64,000 bases of DNA from Actinomycetes bacterium (GCA_022599915.1 JAHZLH010000026.1:88201-152200); one strand, 5' to 3'; shown: positions 28,238 to 40,097, numbered from the stretch's first letter. Numbers and translations are program-made. The notes: a model not told the origin generated them from the letters alone.

Positions 28238-28888
28238 ATGTTCCCACCAGCTCGTGAGCGCGCCCCTGAGGGTGAGGCGCCGTGGTGGGAGTCTGCGGAT
28301 CATCTGCCGGAACTTAAGTCGGTCCCACCGCAGGTTGACCAGGAACCAACACCCGCGACGATCGACCTCACTGACAGCACCACTGCTACCCAGGCACAAC
28401 CGGATGCGATCGACAACGAGAACGCTACGGCTGAGGTGGAGGCTGCGGCGGAACCAAAACAAATGGGCGAGCCGCTGTCCGATAGGCCAGACAGACGACC
28501 GGCATCTGGCGGTGGCGTGACGGCGCGTGGTGCATTCCTGGTGATTGTTGTCTGCTGCGCAGTCGGGTGCGGCATCGGCTTCCTCACTACCGGTACTACC
28601 TCGATTCCCAGCCAAGCTGGCTGGGGGCTCGTTGTCGGATCGGTGATTGCGGCCCTGCTGTCACCACCCAAACTGGGATGGGCCGTTGTGTGGCTGCCGC
28701 CGCTTGCTGCTGCCACCGTGGTGGCACTGCTGGGCCAAGTGACCCTTCTCGGCGCCGCCCCCACATTGGCCCGAGAGATCGCCATGATTGCCGCCGGACT
28801 CACCACCCTCGCGCCTGCCCAGGTCTTGAGCGTGGCCCTTGCCGCAGTGCTGCTGTTGTTGCGACGCAAATTGACGAAGTCCACCTAG
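28238..28888 (+). CDS. Membrane protein with an acidic disordered N-terminus and four or five TM segments
   Basis: Hydrophobic C-terminal half. Start uncertain. Confidence 0.5.
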   Translation: MFPPARERAPEGEAPWWESADHLPELKSVPPQVDQEPTPATIDLTDSTTATQAQPDAIDNENATAEVEAAAEPKQMGEPLSDRPDRRPASGGGVTARGAFLVIVVCCAVGCGIGFLTTGTTSIPSQAGWGLVVGSVIAALLSPPKLGWAVVWLPPLAAATVVALLGQVTLLGAAPTLAREIAMIAAGLTTLAPAQVLSVALAAVLLLLRRKLTKST

Positions 28889-29013
28889 ATCAGTCCCGTC
28901 GCGGGCGCTACCCGGAGCGCCGGCACTCAGCGAGCACTGACCTGACCGTGGACTCCACCTCCACCGCCAGCCATTCCACGAGACCAACGGTTTGGCTGAC
29001 TACTGCTCAGCGA

Positions 29014-29964
29014 TTAAGACCGGCTCTTGCGCAGTTCCTTGGGCAGAGTGAAAGTAAGAGTTTCAGTCGTAGTTTCGACCGTTTCCACGTCGCCGTATCC
29101 CCGCTCTGCTAGCCACTGCAGGACCTCACGAACGAGAACCTCCGGCACCGAGGCACCGCTGGTCAACCCGACAGTCGCCGCCCCATCCAACACATTCTCA
29201 TCAAGCTCGCCAGCGTTATCCACCCGAACAGCACGGTCTGCGCCGGCCTGCTCGGCGACCTCCGCAAGTCGCACGCTATTAGAGGAATTCAAGGAGCCCA
29301 CCACGATCATCAGATCGCATTGCGGTGCAATCTCCTTGACGGCCTGCTGCCGATTCTGAGTGGCATAACAGATGTCGTCGCTCGGTGGATCCATCAGTTC
29401 CGGAAACCGCTCTCGCAGAACGTCTACCGTGGCCATCGTCTCGTCCACCGACAAGGTGGTCTGCGACAGCCACGCTACCTTTCCTTCGCCAATCTCAACG
29501 GTGCGGGCATGTTCTGGGTTGTCAACGATGGTGATGTGCTCCGGCGCTTCTCCGGCCGTACCTACTACTTCCTCATGTCCCTCGTGACCAATCAGCAGAA
29601 TCTGGTAGTCCTCGCGGGCGTAGCGCTTGGCCTCGTTGTGAACCTTGGTAACCAGGGGACAGGTGGCATCGATGGCGAACAAGTTTCGCTCCTTGGCCTG
29701 CTGGTAGACCTCTGGCGCCACACCGTGAGCGGAAAACACCACGATCGAACCTTCGGGCACTTCCTCGTTCTCCTCGACGAAAATTGCGCCTTTCCCTTCA
29801 AGATTCTCCACTACATGCCGATTGTGAACGATCTGTTTGCGCACGTAGATCGGAGCACCGTGCTTCGCCAAAGCCTCTTCGACGCTATCCACCGCACGCT
29901 CAACACCGGCGCAGTAGCCCCGAGGAGACGCAAGCAGGACACGACGATTTTCAAGTTCAGCCAT
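29014..29964 (-). CDS. ispH: 4-hydroxy-3-methylbut-2-enyl diphosphate reductase
   Basis: N-terminus [12 protein letters not shown] plus the conserved Cys and His residues of IspH/LytB. 316 aa. Confidence 0.9.
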   Translation of the reverse strand: MAELENRRVLLASPRGYCAGVERAVDSVEEALAKHGAPIYVRKQIVHNRHVVENLEGKGAIFVEENEEVPEGSIVVFSAHGVAPEVYQQAKERNLFAIDATCPLVTKVHNEAKRYAREDYQILLIGHEGHEEVVGTAGEAPEHITIVDNPEHARTVEIGEGKVAWLSQTTLSVDETMATVDVLRERFPELMDPPSDDICYATQNRQQAVKEIAPQCDLMIVVGSLNSSNSVRLAEVAEQAGADRAVRVDNAGELDENVLDGAATVGLTSGASVPEVLVREVLQWLAERGYGDVETVETTTETLTFTLPKELRKSRS

Positions 29965-30044
29965 AGGACCATGCTACGGCCCGTTGCTGCCGACCGCCGC
30001 GCCACAACCGCCGCCGAGCCACAAAGCCGATAGTCCGGGCTAGC

Positions 30045-31412
30045 ATGCTGGCCATGGCGGTATCGAGTTCGGCGGACAATCCGGTGCAGGTGCGGCAGGC
30101 CGCCCGGATGCTGACCGACTACCTGGGACGGCTCGGCGAACTGTGGATCGAAGGCCAGGTTGCCGAATTACGTCGCCGCCAAAAGATGGCCTTTCTGACT
30201 TTGCGTGACACCACCGCGCAAGTGTCTATCCCGGTGGTTGTCGGGCTTGAGCGCCTCACGGATAGCCAGGTCGACACCGGACAGCGAGTCATTGTGCAGG
30301 CAAAGCTGGAGTACTGGAGTGGTAACGGGCAGCTGCAGTGGCGCGCACGCCAGTTGCAACCGGTGGGTGAGGGCGCCTTGCTGCGCCAACTGGAAGCGTT
30401 GAAGAAGACGCTGGCCGCAGAGGGCCTCTTTGCCGCCGAACGAAAGCGGTCACTGCCGTTCCTACCGCAACGTGTCGGGCTGATCTGCGGACGGCGGGCC
30501 GCTGCCCATGACGATGTGATTGTTAACGCCCGCGACCGGTGGCCCGCGGTTGCTTTCGAGATTCGTGAGGTCGCAGTACAGGGGCCTAACTGTGTACCGG
30601 AGGTGGTCGCCGCGCTTGCAGAACTAGACGCTCAGCCCGACGTGGATGTCATTGTGATTGCTCGCGGCGGCGGCTCCTTCGAAGACCTGTTGGGATTCAG
30701 CAACGAGGCGCTTGTCCGCGCGGCTGCTAGGAGCGCCACGCCGGTGGTGTCAGCGATCGGTCACGAAGAGGACAACCCCATCCTCGATCACGTCGCCGAC
30801 GTGCGCGCCTCGACACCGACTGCTGCAGGAAAGCTCATCGTCCCGGACGCAACAGCGGAAATCGAGAGCCTCAACGCAACCCGCCAGCGGCTGCGCCGAA
30901 GGCTAGCCACGCTCTTGGACTCCACTAGCAGCGAACTGCAGGCGCTGGCGACTCGCCTGGAACTGAACAGTCCGTCACGACTCTTGGCACAGCGGCGCCA
31001 GGAGATCCGCAACCTTCGCAGCCGCAACAACCTCGCGGTTATGGCGCAACTGACCGACGAACGCACCAGACTGACGGCACTGCAGCAGCGACCCGGGCTG
31101 GCGCGACCGGAGCAGTTGATCCAACCGCGTCGTACCGAGATCACGCAGCTGCGTGGGCAGCTGCAACGGTGCCAGATTTCGGCTCTACGAGATCGCCGCC
31201 AACACGTCACCAGCCAGCAGGCTCGACTGACCGCGCTGTCGCCACAGGGAACCTTGGACCGTGGCTACGCGGTTGTGCGCCGCCTGGATGACAGTTTGGT
31301 TCTAGATGCGGCTGACGTGGCCGTTGCCGAGCCCCTGACCGTACGGGTACGCACTGGGACTTTCCCCGTTGTTGTATCCGAAACCTTCGACCAAGCCGAT
31401 GAGGAGAACTAA
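30045..31412 (+). CDS. xseA: Exodeoxyribonuclease VII large subunit
   Basis: OB-fold N-terminus, catalytic core and coiled-coil C-terminus. Its stop overlaps the xseB ATG (TAATG). Confidence 0.9.
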   Translation: MLAMAVSSSADNPVQVRQAARMLTDYLGRLGELWIEGQVAELRRRQKMAFLTLRDTTAQVSIPVVVGLERLTDSQVDTGQRVIVQAKLEYWSGNGQLQWRARQLQPVGEGALLRQLEALKKTLAAEGLFAAERKRSLPFLPQRVGLICGRRAAAHDDVIVNARDRWPAVAFEIREVAVQGPNCVPEVVAALAELDAQPDVDVIVIARGGGSFEDLLGFSNEALVRAAARSATPVVSAIGHEEDNPILDHVADVRASTPTAAGKLIVPDATAEIESLNATRQRLRRRLATLLDSTSSELQALATRLELNSPSRLLAQRRQEIRNLRSRNNLAVMAQLTDERTRLTALQQRPGLARPEQLIQPRRTEITQLRGQLQRCQISALRDRRQHVTSQQARLTALSPQGTLDRGYAVVRRLDDSLVLDAADVAVAEPLTVRVRTGTFPVVVSETFDQADEEN

Positions 31413-31699
31413 TGGAAACCGACGAGGCCGTAGCCACCCTGCTGGCTACAGATGTCGCCGAACTCAGTTACGAACAAGCTCGTGACGGGCTAGCAGTCAT
31501 TGTTCAGCGCCTGGAGGAAGGCAGCCCGACCCTGGAACAGTCCATGCAACTGTGGGAGAAGGGCGAGGAACTTGCGCGGCGCTGCAACAGTTGGCTGGAT
31601 CAAGCACAAGCCCGGCTGGACAAGGCCACAGCAACAACCGACGATCCAACCGATTCGCCAGACTCGGAATCAGCGGCAAACGATCAGCCGCCGTACTGA
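31412..31699 (+). CDS. xseB: Exodeoxyribonuclease VII small subunit
   Basis: Helical hairpin motif LSYEQARDGLAVIVQRLEEGSPTLEQSMQLWEKGEEL. Confidence 0.9.
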   Translation: METDEAVATLLATDVAELSYEQARDGLAVIVQRLEEGSPTLEQSMQLWEKGEELARRCNSWLDQAQARLDKATATTDDPTDSPDSESAANDQPPY

Positions 31700-31724
31700 C
31701 TAAGGCTTGCCAACAGCGGCTCAG

Positions 31725-32333
31725 CTATTTGGTGCTGGATTTGGCACCTGGAGTTTCCACCGGCTGCAAGGTGGCGGCAAAGTCGGCGAGTTCCGACCAT
31801 TCAAGAGTCCCTGTCACGATCGTGGTCACATCATCTTCCTGCAGTACGAATGAACGTTGAGTGCCGTCGGAACTGACGTAGGGCTGCCAGCCGTTAACTG
31901 CGGGATTCAGGCCCGAAGGCAACTCACTCGCTTCGGTGCCACCGACGGTCTGCTCAGCAATGAATCTGTCGTTTTCTGCTTCTGATTGCACAACCGCAAC
32001 GAACTCCTCTTGCGGTGACACCCAACCGTTGAACCACACCGGATCGTCACCAGATTGCTCACTAGGCTCGAATCGAGCAGTCGTCGCACGCCAACCCTCG
32101 GGCAGTTCTGGGTAAAGCAAGATGAAGTCCACTGCCGCAGCTACCTGTTGTGCGACGGGAGCAGCAGCAACTTCTCGAACCGGATCCGGCCCCGGGCGCC
32201 AAGTGATGAGCAGGACTACCGCAATGATCGCCGCGACAACTCCCATGGATCGGATGATGTCACCGACGGTTTTCCGCAGCGGACTGTGCTTGTCGCTGGG
32301 GGCTGGCGCTTCGGCCACTGCGGGTTCCGACAT
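31725..32333 (-). CDS. DUF4245-like membrane-anchored protein
   Basis: Start set to the ATG at 32333 (MSEPAVAE...). One TM segment, then a conserved extracytoplasmic domain. The track ORF (to 32756) runs into the fumarase gene. Confidence 0.65.
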   Translation of the reverse strand: MSEPAVAEAPAPSDKHSPLRKTVGDIIRSMGVVAAIIAVVLLITWRPGPDPVREVAAAPVAQQVAAAVDFILLYPELPEGWRATTARFEPSEQSGDDPVWFNGWVSPQEEFVAVVQSEAENDRFIAEQTVGGTEASELPSGLNPAVNGWQPYVSSDGTQRSFVLQEDDVTTIVTGTLEWSELADFAATLQPVETPGAKSSTK

Positions 32334-32475
32334 GCTCTCCAGCCTAAAGTGTGCTGCCGCTACCTGCCGCCTGGGGCGATCAGCCAATCTCGCATGGTGA
32401 CACCTTGACCCTCTTGCTGAGATCTTGCTGGGCACGGCAGCAACCGACTGATTCGGTACGCCGTAGGCTGGGCGC

Positions 32476-34140
32476 ATGGCTGAATTCGTATACTCACCCA
32501 TGCTGCCGCTCGGTCCGGACGAGACCGAGTACCGGTTGCTCTCCACCGACGGTGTCGAACAACTCGATCTCGGCGGCCAACCGTTCCTGCGGGTGTCACC
32601 AGAAGCGTTGCGACTCGTAGCCTTCCAAGCCATCGCTGACGTCCAGCACCTACTGCGTCCCGGCCACCTGCAGCAACTGAGCAACATTCTCGATGATCCA
32701 GATGCCAGCCCCAACGATCGCTTCGTCGCCCTGGACCTGCTGAAGAACGCCAACATCGCTGCTGGCGGGGTCTTGCCGATGTGTCAGGACACCGGTACCG
32801 CGATCATCATGGGTAAGCGTGGTCAACGGGTCATCACCGAGGGTCCGGACGAACTACCGCTGTCTCGCGGTGTGTACGACGCCTACCAGCAACTGAATTT
32901 GCGCTACTCGCAAATGGCACCGCTGACCTCGTGGGATGAGCGCAACACCGGTACCAACCTCCCAGCCCAGATCGATCTCTACGCCAGCACCGCGCCACAG
33001 GACGAACTGGCTTACAAGTTCTTGATCCTGGCCAAGGGTGGCGGCTCGGCCAATAAGTCCTTCCTCTATCAACAGACCAAGGCCGTACTCAACCCAAAAT
33101 CACTGATGACATTTCTGGACGAGCGGCTGCGTGAACTTGGCACCGCCGCCTGCCCGCCGTATCACCTGGCGGTAGTGATTGGCGGCACGAGCGCCGAAGA
33201 CAGCCTGCGGGTGGCCAAGTACGCGAGCACCCGCTACCTGGATTCGCTGCCCACCTCCGGGTCAATGGCCGGTCACGCCTTCCGCGACACGGAATTGGAG
33301 GGCGAGATCTTACAGTTGACCCGCGACTTCGACATCGGCGCTCAGTTCGGTGGCAAGTACTTCTGCCACGACGTCCGAGTCATTCGGATGCCCCGCCATG
33401 GTGCTTCAGTGCCGATCGCGGTGGCGGTGTCCTGCTCCGCCGACCGGCAGGCCAAGGCCAAAATCACCGCCGAGGGCATCTTCCTCGAGCAGTTGGAAAC
33501 CAACCCCGCTCAGTTCCTCCCAGAACAGGAGCCGGCTGAGGAAGACATCATAGTTCCGATCGATTTGAACCAGCCGATGGAGCAGATCCGCGCGGAACTA
33601 TCGAAACTGCCCGTGGCAACCCACGTCAGCCTGACCGGGCCGATCGTGGTGGCGCGCGATATCGCCCACGCGAAGATCAAAGAGATTCTTGACGAGGGCG
33701 GCGAGATGCCGCGCTACCTGCGCGACCACGCCGTCTACTACGCCGGGCCCGCCAAAACTCCTGAGGGCTACGCCTCCGGCTCGTTCGGCCCGACCACAGC
33801 GGGCCGGATGGACTCCTATGTGGATCAGTTCCAGCAGGCCGGTGGATCGTTCGTCATGCTCGCCAAAGGCAATCGATCCCGGCAGGTGACCGATGCCTGC
33901 AAGGAACACGGCGGGTTTTACTTGGGTTCGATTGGCGGTCCTGCTGCCCGATTAGCTCAAGACAACATCACCAAGGTCGAAGTCATCGACTTCCCCGAAC
34001 TGGGTATGGAAGCGGTCTGGCGCATTGAGGTGCGCGACTTCCCGGCCTTCGTGATCGTCGACGACAAAGGCAACGACTTCTTCGCCGATCGAATGCGCCC
34101 GGTTGCCAACCGCATCCCCGTGGGTCCGCCAGCGGAGTAG
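32476..34140 (+). CDS. fumA: Class I (Fe-S) fumarate hydratase
   Basis: 554 aa single-chain class I enzyme. Motif MCQDTGTAI. Confidence 0.9.
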   Translation: MAEFVYSPMLPLGPDETEYRLLSTDGVEQLDLGGQPFLRVSPEALRLVAFQAIADVQHLLRPGHLQQLSNILDDPDASPNDRFVALDLLKNANIAAGGVLPMCQDTGTAIIMGKRGQRVITEGPDELPLSRGVYDAYQQLNLRYSQMAPLTSWDERNTGTNLPAQIDLYASTAPQDELAYKFLILAKGGGSANKSFLYQQTKAVLNPKSLMTFLDERLRELGTAACPPYHLAVVIGGTSAEDSLRVAKYASTRYLDSLPTSGSMAGHAFRDTELEGEILQLTRDFDIGAQFGGKYFCHDVRVIRMPRHGASVPIAVAVSCSADRQAKAKITAEGIFLEQLETNPAQFLPEQEPAEEDIIVPIDLNQPMEQIRAELSKLPVATHVSLTGPIVVARDIAHAKIKEILDEGGEMPRYLRDHAVYYAGPAKTPEGYASGSFGPTTAGRMDSYVDQFQQAGGSFVMLAKGNRSRQVTDACKEHGGFYLGSIGGPAARLAQDNITKVEVIDFPELGMEAVWRIEVRDFPAFVIVDDKGNDFFADRMRPVANRIPVGPPAE

Positions 34141-34175
34141 CGCGCCGAGGTGCCCGTGATCCGAGCCAGCAGCGG

Positions 34176-35489
34176 TCAGCGAGCGTCAGACAGGACGTCG
34201 GTCACCAGTGCCGCAATGGCAGAGCGCTCGGAGCGATGCAGGGTCACGTGCGCAAACAGCGGATGGCCCTTCAGCTGCTCAATAATCGCGACCACACCGT
34301 CGTAGCGACCCACCCGCAGGTTGTCCCGCTGGCCGACGTCGTGCGTCAACACCACTTGAGCGTCCTTACCGATCCGGGACAGCACAGTCAGCAGCACATT
34401 GCGTTCCAGTGACTGCGCTTCATCCACGATGACGAAGGCATCGTGCAACGAGCGACCGCGTATGTGAGTCAGCGGCAGTACTTCCAACATGTCCCGGCGC
34501 TGCACTTCCTCGATCACCGACTGGGTAGTGATAGCCGACAGCGTGTCGAACACCGCCTGCCCCCACGGCGACATCTTTTCCTGCTCCGCCCCCGGCAAAT
34601 AGCCGAGCTCCTGACCGCCGACCGCGTAGAGCGGACGGAACACCATGACTTTGCGATGCTGCCCTCGCTCCAGAACGGACTCCAAACCGGCCGCGAGTGC
34701 GAGTGCGCTCTTGCCGGTACCGGCCCGCCCACCCAGCGAGACAATGCCGATCTCGGGATCGAGTAAGGCATCCAAGGCCAACCGCTGTTCAGCGCTGCGG
34801 CCATGTAGCCCGAACGCCTCCTGGTCCCCACGCACCAAACGGATTCTTTTGTCGGCAGTCACCCGACCCAGCGCAGACGAACTCGTAGCTGACAGCACGA
34901 CGCCAGAGTTGATCAACAGCTCCGCGTCCGGTGGCACCGGGATAGAACCGGTTTCGTACAACTCATCGATCTGGCCGGCATCCACCGACATCTCTTCGAC
35001 CCCTGACCAACCGGAGGTAACCACGAGTTCAGCACGGTATTCCTCAGCCGGTATCCCGATGACTGCCGCTTTGACCCGCATGGGCAGATCCTTAGACACC
35101 AACACCACGTCGGCGCCTTCTTGTTGCAAACTGCTAGCCACCGACAGGATCCGGGTGTCATTGTCGTTCAGGCGAAAGCCCTGCGGCAGCACTGAACTGT
35201 CCGCGTGGTTCAACTCGACACGTAACGAACCGCCGTCATCCCCTACCGGCACTGCTTCATCCAGCCGACCGTGCTCCACTCGCAGGTCATCGAGCAGGCG
35301 CAGCGCCTGTCGCGCGAAGTAACCCAGTTCGGAATGAGTGCGCTTAGCCTCTAACTCAGTGACGACGACCAGCGGGAGCACCACATCGTGTTCAGCGAAT
35401 CTGGCAATCGCCCGCGGATCACTCAGCAGCACCGAAGTGTCTAGGACGTACGTCCGGCGCTCACGACTTACAGAATCCGACTCAGCCAT
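34176..35489 (-). CDS. phoH2: PhoH2: N-terminal PIN domain fused to a PhoH-type ATPase
   Basis: PIN start [12 protein letters not shown]. Walker [12 protein letters not shown]. Start moved to the ATG at 35489, which has a GGAGG SD. The track ORF extends to 35663 into uppS. Confidence 0.85.
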   Translation of the reverse strand: MAESDSVSRERRTYVLDTSVLLSDPRAIARFAEHDVVLPLVVVTELEAKRTHSELGYFARQALRLLDDLRVEHGRLDEAVPVGDDGGSLRVELNHADSSVLPQGFRLNDNDTRILSVASSLQQEGADVVLVSKDLPMRVKAAVIGIPAEEYRAELVVTSGWSGVEEMSVDAGQIDELYETGSIPVPPDAELLINSGVVLSATSSSALGRVTADKRIRLVRGDQEAFGLHGRSAEQRLALDALLDPEIGIVSLGGRAGTGKSALALAAGLESVLERGQHRKVMVFRPLYAVGGQELGYLPGAEQEKMSPWGQAVFDTLSAITTQSVIEEVQRRDMLEVLPLTHIRGRSLHDAFVIVDEAQSLERNVLLTVLSRIGKDAQVVLTHDVGQRDNLRVGRYDGVVAIIEQLKGHPLFAHVTLHRSERSAIAALVTDVLSDAR

Positions 35490-35584
35490 CAGGCCTCCAC
35501 AACAGATCGCTACTTCGAAACTACGCCGAGCGACCTCAGGTGCAACGGCACCACGCCGGGGTGATCTGAGTTGAGAAAGACGAC

Positions 35585-36361
35585 TTATCCGCCGAAGCGG
35601 CGCTGCCGTTGCGAATAGGCACGCAAGGCTCGCAGAAAGTCCACTCGGCGGAAGTCTGGCCACAGCGCTTCACAGAAGTAGAACTCCGAGTGCGCACTTT
35701 GCCAAAGCAGGAACCCAGACAGCCGTTGCTCACCAGAGGTCCGGATGACCAGATCGGGATCCGGCTGCCCGCGAGTGTAGAGGTGATCTGCGATGTGTTC
35801 GACGTCGACCACTTGGGCCAGGTCGTCGAGGCTGGTACCCCGCTCATGGTGCTCTTGCAACAGGCTGCGGACAGCGTCGACGAGTTCCCGCCGACCACCG
35901 TAGCCCACCGCAATATTGACCGTCAGACCGTCGACCTCGTGGGTGCGCTCCTCAGCTGCCTTCAGCGAGGCACCGAAGGAGGCTGGCAACAGATCTAGCG
36001 CACCCACTGGGTGGATGTGCCAACGACCCATCTCTGCCAAGTCATCAACCGTGTCCTCGATGATCTGCAGTAGCGACTCCAGTTCGGGCTCTGGCCGTTG
36101 CAGATTGTCCGTGGATAGCAGCCACAACGTGACTACCTCAACACCGACCTCTTCACACCAACCGATGAATTCCGCGATCCGGGCTGCCCCAGCTCGATGG
36201 CCATCGTCTGAGGACGAACCGTGATAGGTCGCCCAGCGGCGGTTGCCGTCCAGGATGACGCCGACATGCCGCGGCAGCTGTGCCTCTGGCAGCCTGCTGA
36301 GCACGCGGTTGGCATACAGGCCATACACCGCGTTTCGCAGCCCCATCCGGGCTCCTCTCAA
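35585..36361 (-). CDS. uppS: Z-prenyl (undecaprenyl-type) diphosphate synthase
   Basis: Motifs [11 protein letters not shown] and [15 protein letters not shown]. Confidence 0.9.
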   Translation of the reverse strand: MRGARMGLRNAVYGLYANRVLSRLPEAQLPRHVGVILDGNRRWATYHGSSSDDGHRAGAARIAEFIGWCEEVGVEVVTLWLLSTDNLQRPEPELESLLQIIEDTVDDLAEMGRWHIHPVGALDLLPASFGASLKAAEERTHEVDGLTVNIAVGYGGRRELVDAVRSLLQEHHERGTSLDDLAQVVDVEHIADHLYTRGQPDPDLVIRTSGEQRLSGFLLWQSAHSEFYFCEALWPDFRRVDFLRALRAYSQRQRRFGG

Positions 36362-36506
36362 CTGAAAACAAGTCAGCGCCGTCCGGTGCAGTTGCGCAGG
36401 AACGACTGATCTCAGGCTAACTGAGATGAGCCCTAGGAGGTAGAACCAGGCGGGTGTTGCCGGTTTCGGGCACGGCCAACTCGTGCTGGGAACTTCGCGT
36501 AGAGGG

Positions 36507-36869
36507 CTACGTCGCGGCCAAGATCGGCCGGACCCGACGAGTAACCCATCGTTCGGCCACGAAACTCATGAAGGGAATGGTGCCAGCGAGGATAATCAGC
36601 AGCGCCCGACCGAGGTGCCACTTCATCCGGAACACCAAGTCCAACGAGACAATCACGTAGGCGATATACAGCCAGCCATGGGCCATCCAGCCCAGCGAAT
36701 ACCAAGCAGCGGTACCGTCCAGCAGGTACTTATACGGCAAACCGATCACCGTCATCACCGCGAGCAGGACTCCAGTGATGAACGCCATCACCTGGAAGCG
36801 CAGCAGCGCTCCGGACAATCCGATCACTCGCACATTCGTGGGGATCGCTGCGGGTTGTTCTGCCGTCAC
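36507..36869 (-). CDS. DUF3817-like small integral membrane protein
   Basis: Four TM segments. Sequence typical of the family as I recall it. Confidence 0.6.
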   Translation of the reverse strand: MTAEQPAAIPTNVRVIGLSGALLRFQVMAFITGVLLAVMTVIGLPYKYLLDGTAAWYSLGWMAHGWLYIAYVIVSLDLVFRMKWHLGRALLIILAGTIPFMSFVAERWVTRRVRPILAAT

Positions 36870-36923
36870 CCATCTAGCGTAACTGCCGATGCCGAACCGG
36901 CAACGCGCGCTCAGGTAGCGCCA

Positions 36924-37682
36924 CTACTCATTCGTCGAGTTGGTTGTGGCCACTGGGTCATCGGCGACCTCGGCCCGAGCTATCGCCGCTCGCAGACCAC
37001 GCACCCAGACGTAGATCACCAGCGCGACGAAAACTAGCCATTGCAGGCTGTACAAGGTGTTCTGCAACGGGAACGGAACATTCGGATCGCTACCAAACAC
37101 TGGTCGTGACCGCTCGAAACCGGTCGTTTCCGACGTCGCCGTCACGTAACCGGGAGCCAAGTTGGTGTTCTCGCCCCATTGCTCGACGAGCCCAGCGGCG
37201 GTAATCGTCACCAACGGTTCCTTCGACGGAATCGGTGCATCGCGGTAGAAGTTCTCATCGGGTTGGACCCGACCTATCGCCTGCACCGGCTCACCCGGCC
37301 GGACTGGCCGCGGTGCCGACTCCGGATCAGGCACCCAGCCTTGTAGCAGTGGCACTACCCGGCCATCGGGAAGTGCCACACCGTCGACGACGAGAAAACC
37401 GGTGGCACCGGCTTCATTGGCGCGAGTCCGAACCAGGCTCCGAGAGTTGGCTACCCCGACCCCAACGAGATCCACTTCCCGGCCGAGTTCGTCAACTGAC
37501 AGCGCTTCGGTAGTCACCACTTGCTGGTAGCTGGCCAGCGCCGCAGCGGCGGCGCGTTCAACGGCCAATTCGTCCTGCGCCCGTTGGTACTGCCACCGGG
37601 CCGCCACCGAACAGAGCACAATCGCTACCACCGCCAACAAGGTGAAGCCAATCCAGCGCGGCGTGGCCAGAACTCGCAACAT
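36924..37682 (-). CDS. SURF1-like protein
   Basis: N- and C-terminal TM segments flanking a periplasmic domain. N-terminus LATPRWIGFTLLAVV...RWQYQR is SURF1-like. Confidence 0.65.
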   Translation of the reverse strand: MLRVLATPRWIGFTLLAVVAIVLCSVAARWQYQRAQDELAVERAAAAALASYQQVVTTEALSVDELGREVDLVGVGVANSRSLVRTRANEAGATGFLVVDGVALPDGRVVPLLQGWVPDPESAPRPVRPGEPVQAIGRVQPDENFYRDAPIPSKEPLVTITAAGLVEQWGENTNLAPGYVTATSETTGFERSRPVFGSDPNVPFPLQNTLYSLQWLVFVALVIYVWVRGLRAAIARAEVADDPVATTNSTNE

Positions 37683-37945
37683 TAGCCGGCGGAGGGATCG
37701 TCGCCCGGGCGCGGCGAGTTCGGATTGTCGGCCCCCGGAGTGTCCTCGTCGAAGTCAATCTTTTTCAGATGGCGGTTCATGGAAAGCACGAGCAGCACTA
37801 CGGCAATCGCAAGCCCAGCGAACAGCAGAAAACCGACCAGCCCAGGTGACAGGTCAGCTGGATCGACTTCTTTGGCTGGCGCCGTCGGCTGGGGCACCGG
37901 CGTTTCAGCGTAGACTGCATCGACGGCAGCAGATGGGACCAGCAC
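37682..37945 (-). CDS. Small single-TM protein, unknown function
   Basis: TM segment GLVGFLLFAGLAIAVVLLVL. Its stop overlaps the SURF1-like start by 1 nt. Confidence 0.5.
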   Translation of the reverse strand: MLVPSAAVDAVYAETPVPQPTAPAKEVDPADLSPGLVGFLLFAGLAIAVVLLVLSMNRHLKKIDFDEDTPGADNPNSPRPGDDPSAG

Positions 37946-38018
37946 TGTTCCTCCCAGAGATCATCTCGCACACTAGTGTCTCAGGAAGCATCGCATCTGC
38001 ACGGAGGGCCGCTGCCAT

Positions 38019-38447
38019 ATGACGACTCAGCAGGAGCTTGCGGCTCGCTACGGCGAAACCGCGCGAGCCAGCCGAACCCGCTGGCTGGCCGGGCTGCTGG
38101 TGCTGGGCTACGTCGCCTTGATCACCTGGGCTGCGATCGGCCTGGCGAGTACTGAGGTAGAGGGAAATCTCGTCGCCTGGCGCGCTGATGAGCGCGAGGT
38201 GGCGGTAGACCTCGAGGTACGGGGCAATACTCCCGCCGGCGCAGTTTGCGTCATTAAGGCAACCGACAACTACTCGGTCGATGTGGGCTACCGCGAAGTG
38301 AGGATTTCCGACCTACCCACTACGACAACCGTCAAGATCCCGACGGTGATCCGCGCTGGGTCGGTGACGGTGCTTGGCTGTGCTGCTGGTGATGACGAAC
38401 TTCAGGTCCCGCCACCGGATTTCCCACCAGGAGTAGCGATTCCCTAA
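38019..38447 (+). CDS. DUF4307-like membrane-anchored protein
   Basis: N-terminal TM segment, then a beta-rich domain. Commonly found near greA in actinobacteria (from memory). Confidence 0.6.
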   Translation: MTTQQELAARYGETARASRTRWLAGLLVLGYVALITWAAIGLASTEVEGNLVAWRADEREVAVDLEVRGNTPAGAVCVIKATDNYSVDVGYREVRISDLPTTTTVKIPTVIRAGSVTVLGCAAGDDELQVPPPDFPPGVAIP

Positions 38448-38451
38448 TCGA

Positions 38452-39513
38452 CTAGTCCAGGTAGCGGCGGGCACCAATCAACTCTCGCCACCGAATCGGC
38501 ACGATCCGAACTCGCCCAGATGCGTCTGGCGCCTCCAGCATCTTGTCCCCACCGACGTACAGCGCAACATGATGCACATGCTTTTCAGTTCCCCAGAACA
38601 GCATGTCGCCCGGTTTGATTCGCTTGAGTTTCACTTGCTTTCCCGACCGATACTGCGGGTCAGCATCTCGTGGGATGGTCATTCCGTGGGTTCTAAACAC
38701 ATTCCAGATCAGCCCGGAACAGTCCATACCCCAATCTGACAGCCCGCCCCAGAGGTATCGCAGGCCGATAAACTTTTTACCGTCGGCCAGGATGCTGGCG
38801 ACGCTGGGGATCTTCGGCCCTGCGACCGCCGACTCGGTGACACTACCTATGCCACGTGTCGTGTGGACGGCGATCCTGCCGGATGATGGTTCTTCGGCTG
38901 TGTGCGGTAACAACCGGGTGCCGTAGGACACTGCCACTCGACCCGTCGGGGTACGCAGCTGAACGCGTTGCGCAGTCACCACCAGATGCTCGGTACTGTC
39001 CGCTATCTCCGGTAGCTGTCCAGTGTCCGGGACCAGCTGCCTGGCAGGTAGCCAGCCCGGGTAGCCCGCCTTATCCTGCGGTTCCGGCTGATCGAGCACT
39101 GCCACTCTCACCCAGGACTTTTTTACCGCTCGAACCAAAACCTGTTGTCCGTACAGCGCCTGAGTCTGCACTTGTCCGGTCAGCCACCTGCGGTGATCCG
39201 CCGTACGGAGTCGTTTGTTCCAGCGACCCAAGCGAACAGGATTGCCTAGCGATGCACGATCTCGCTGCCGGTGAATTCTGGGCTCTCGCCACAAGGTGGC
39301 AACAGAAACGTCGATGAAGGCGGTGGCACCCACCGGAAATCGTTGATTCGCTCTAACGGTTTCCACCGCTTCGTTCAGCACGCCTTCGGCTGGCTCAACG
39401 GCCCCGGCTGCGGCGCTGACCGGAGCCACGAGAGTTCCCAGCAGCAGAGCAGACGCCAACGCTACCTTTGGGCCGAGGCTGATGCCTCGCCGACTACTTC
39501 CCCAACGACCCAT
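38452..39513 (-). CDS. Secreted NlpC/P60 (C40) peptidoglycan endopeptidase with an SH3-like N-terminal region
   Basis: Catalytic region YLWGGLSDWGMDCSGLIWNVF...HVALYVG. Signal peptide follows the ATG at 39513. The track ORF (to 39627) would overlap greA. Confidence 0.8.
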   Translation of the reverse strand: MGRWGSSRRGISLGPKVALASALLLGTLVAPVSAAAGAVEPAEGVLNEAVETVRANQRFPVGATAFIDVSVATLWREPRIHRQRDRASLGNPVRLGRWNKRLRTADHRRWLTGQVQTQALYGQQVLVRAVKKSWVRVAVLDQPEPQDKAGYPGWLPARQLVPDTGQLPEIADSTEHLVVTAQRVQLRTPTGRVAVSYGTRLLPHTAEEPSSGRIAVHTTRGIGSVTESAVAGPKIPSVASILADGKKFIGLRYLWGGLSDWGMDCSGLIWNVFRTHGMTIPRDADPQYRSGKQVKLKRIKPGDMLFWGTEKHVHHVALYVGGDKMLEAPDASGRVRIVPIRWRELIGARRYLD

Positions 39514-39614
39514 CCCGACATCTTGACAGATGTTCGATTCGCCCGAGCCACCACGCCCCAGTCCGCTACGCGGTAGTCTTCCGGGATTACCGACTCTGAC
39601 GGAGGCAGAAATCG

Positions 39615-40097
39615 ATGTCTGAGGCATGGCTCACCCAAGAGGCCTACGACGCGCTGGAAGCGGAACTTGCTGAGCGCGAAGGGCCAATGAGAGCAGAGAT
39701 TGTTCGACTGATTGAACTTGCTCGTGAAGAAGGCGATCTGAAGGAAAATAGCGGCTACCACGCTGCCAAGGATGATCAAGGCAAGAATGAAGCGCGCATC
39801 AAGCAGATCCAGCAGCTACTAGCCGGCGCCAAGATCGGCAAACCATCCGCCGAGGAGGACGAGGTGGCCCACGGCAAGGTGGTCACGGTTTCTTTCACCG
39901 CTCTTGATATGAAAGAGACGTTCCTGCTGGCCTCTCGTGAGGAAGCGGCCCACGCCTCTATCGAGGTGTATTCACCCACCTCACCTCTCGGTGAGGCCAT
40001 TAACGGTCTCCGGGTAGGTGACAGCACCAGCTACACCTTGCCAAGCGGAAAATCGATGGATGTGAAAATTCTGTCAGTAGCGGAATACTCCGGCTAG
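39615..40097 (+). CDS. greA: Transcription elongation factor GreA
   Basis: N-terminus LTQEAYDALEAELAERE and the acidic tip EGDLKENSGYHAAKD. Confidence 0.9.
   Translation: MSEAWLTQEAYDALEAELAEREGPMRAEIVRLIELAREEGDLKENSGYHAAKDDQGKNEARIKQIQQLLAGAKIGKPSAEEDEVAHGKVVTVSFTALDMKETFLLASREEAAHASIEVYSPTSPLGEAINGLRVGDSTSYTLPSGKSMDVKILSVAEYSG

Noticed and set aside
31725-32756. 343-aa version of the DUF4245-like ORF, and the 642-aa version of the acyl-CoA ligase ORF (42168..44096)
   Set aside because: Their N-terminal parts are Arg/Ser/Pro-rich. They overlap well-supported genes on the other strand (fumarase and the HAD hydrolase), and internal ATGs give family-typical N-termini.
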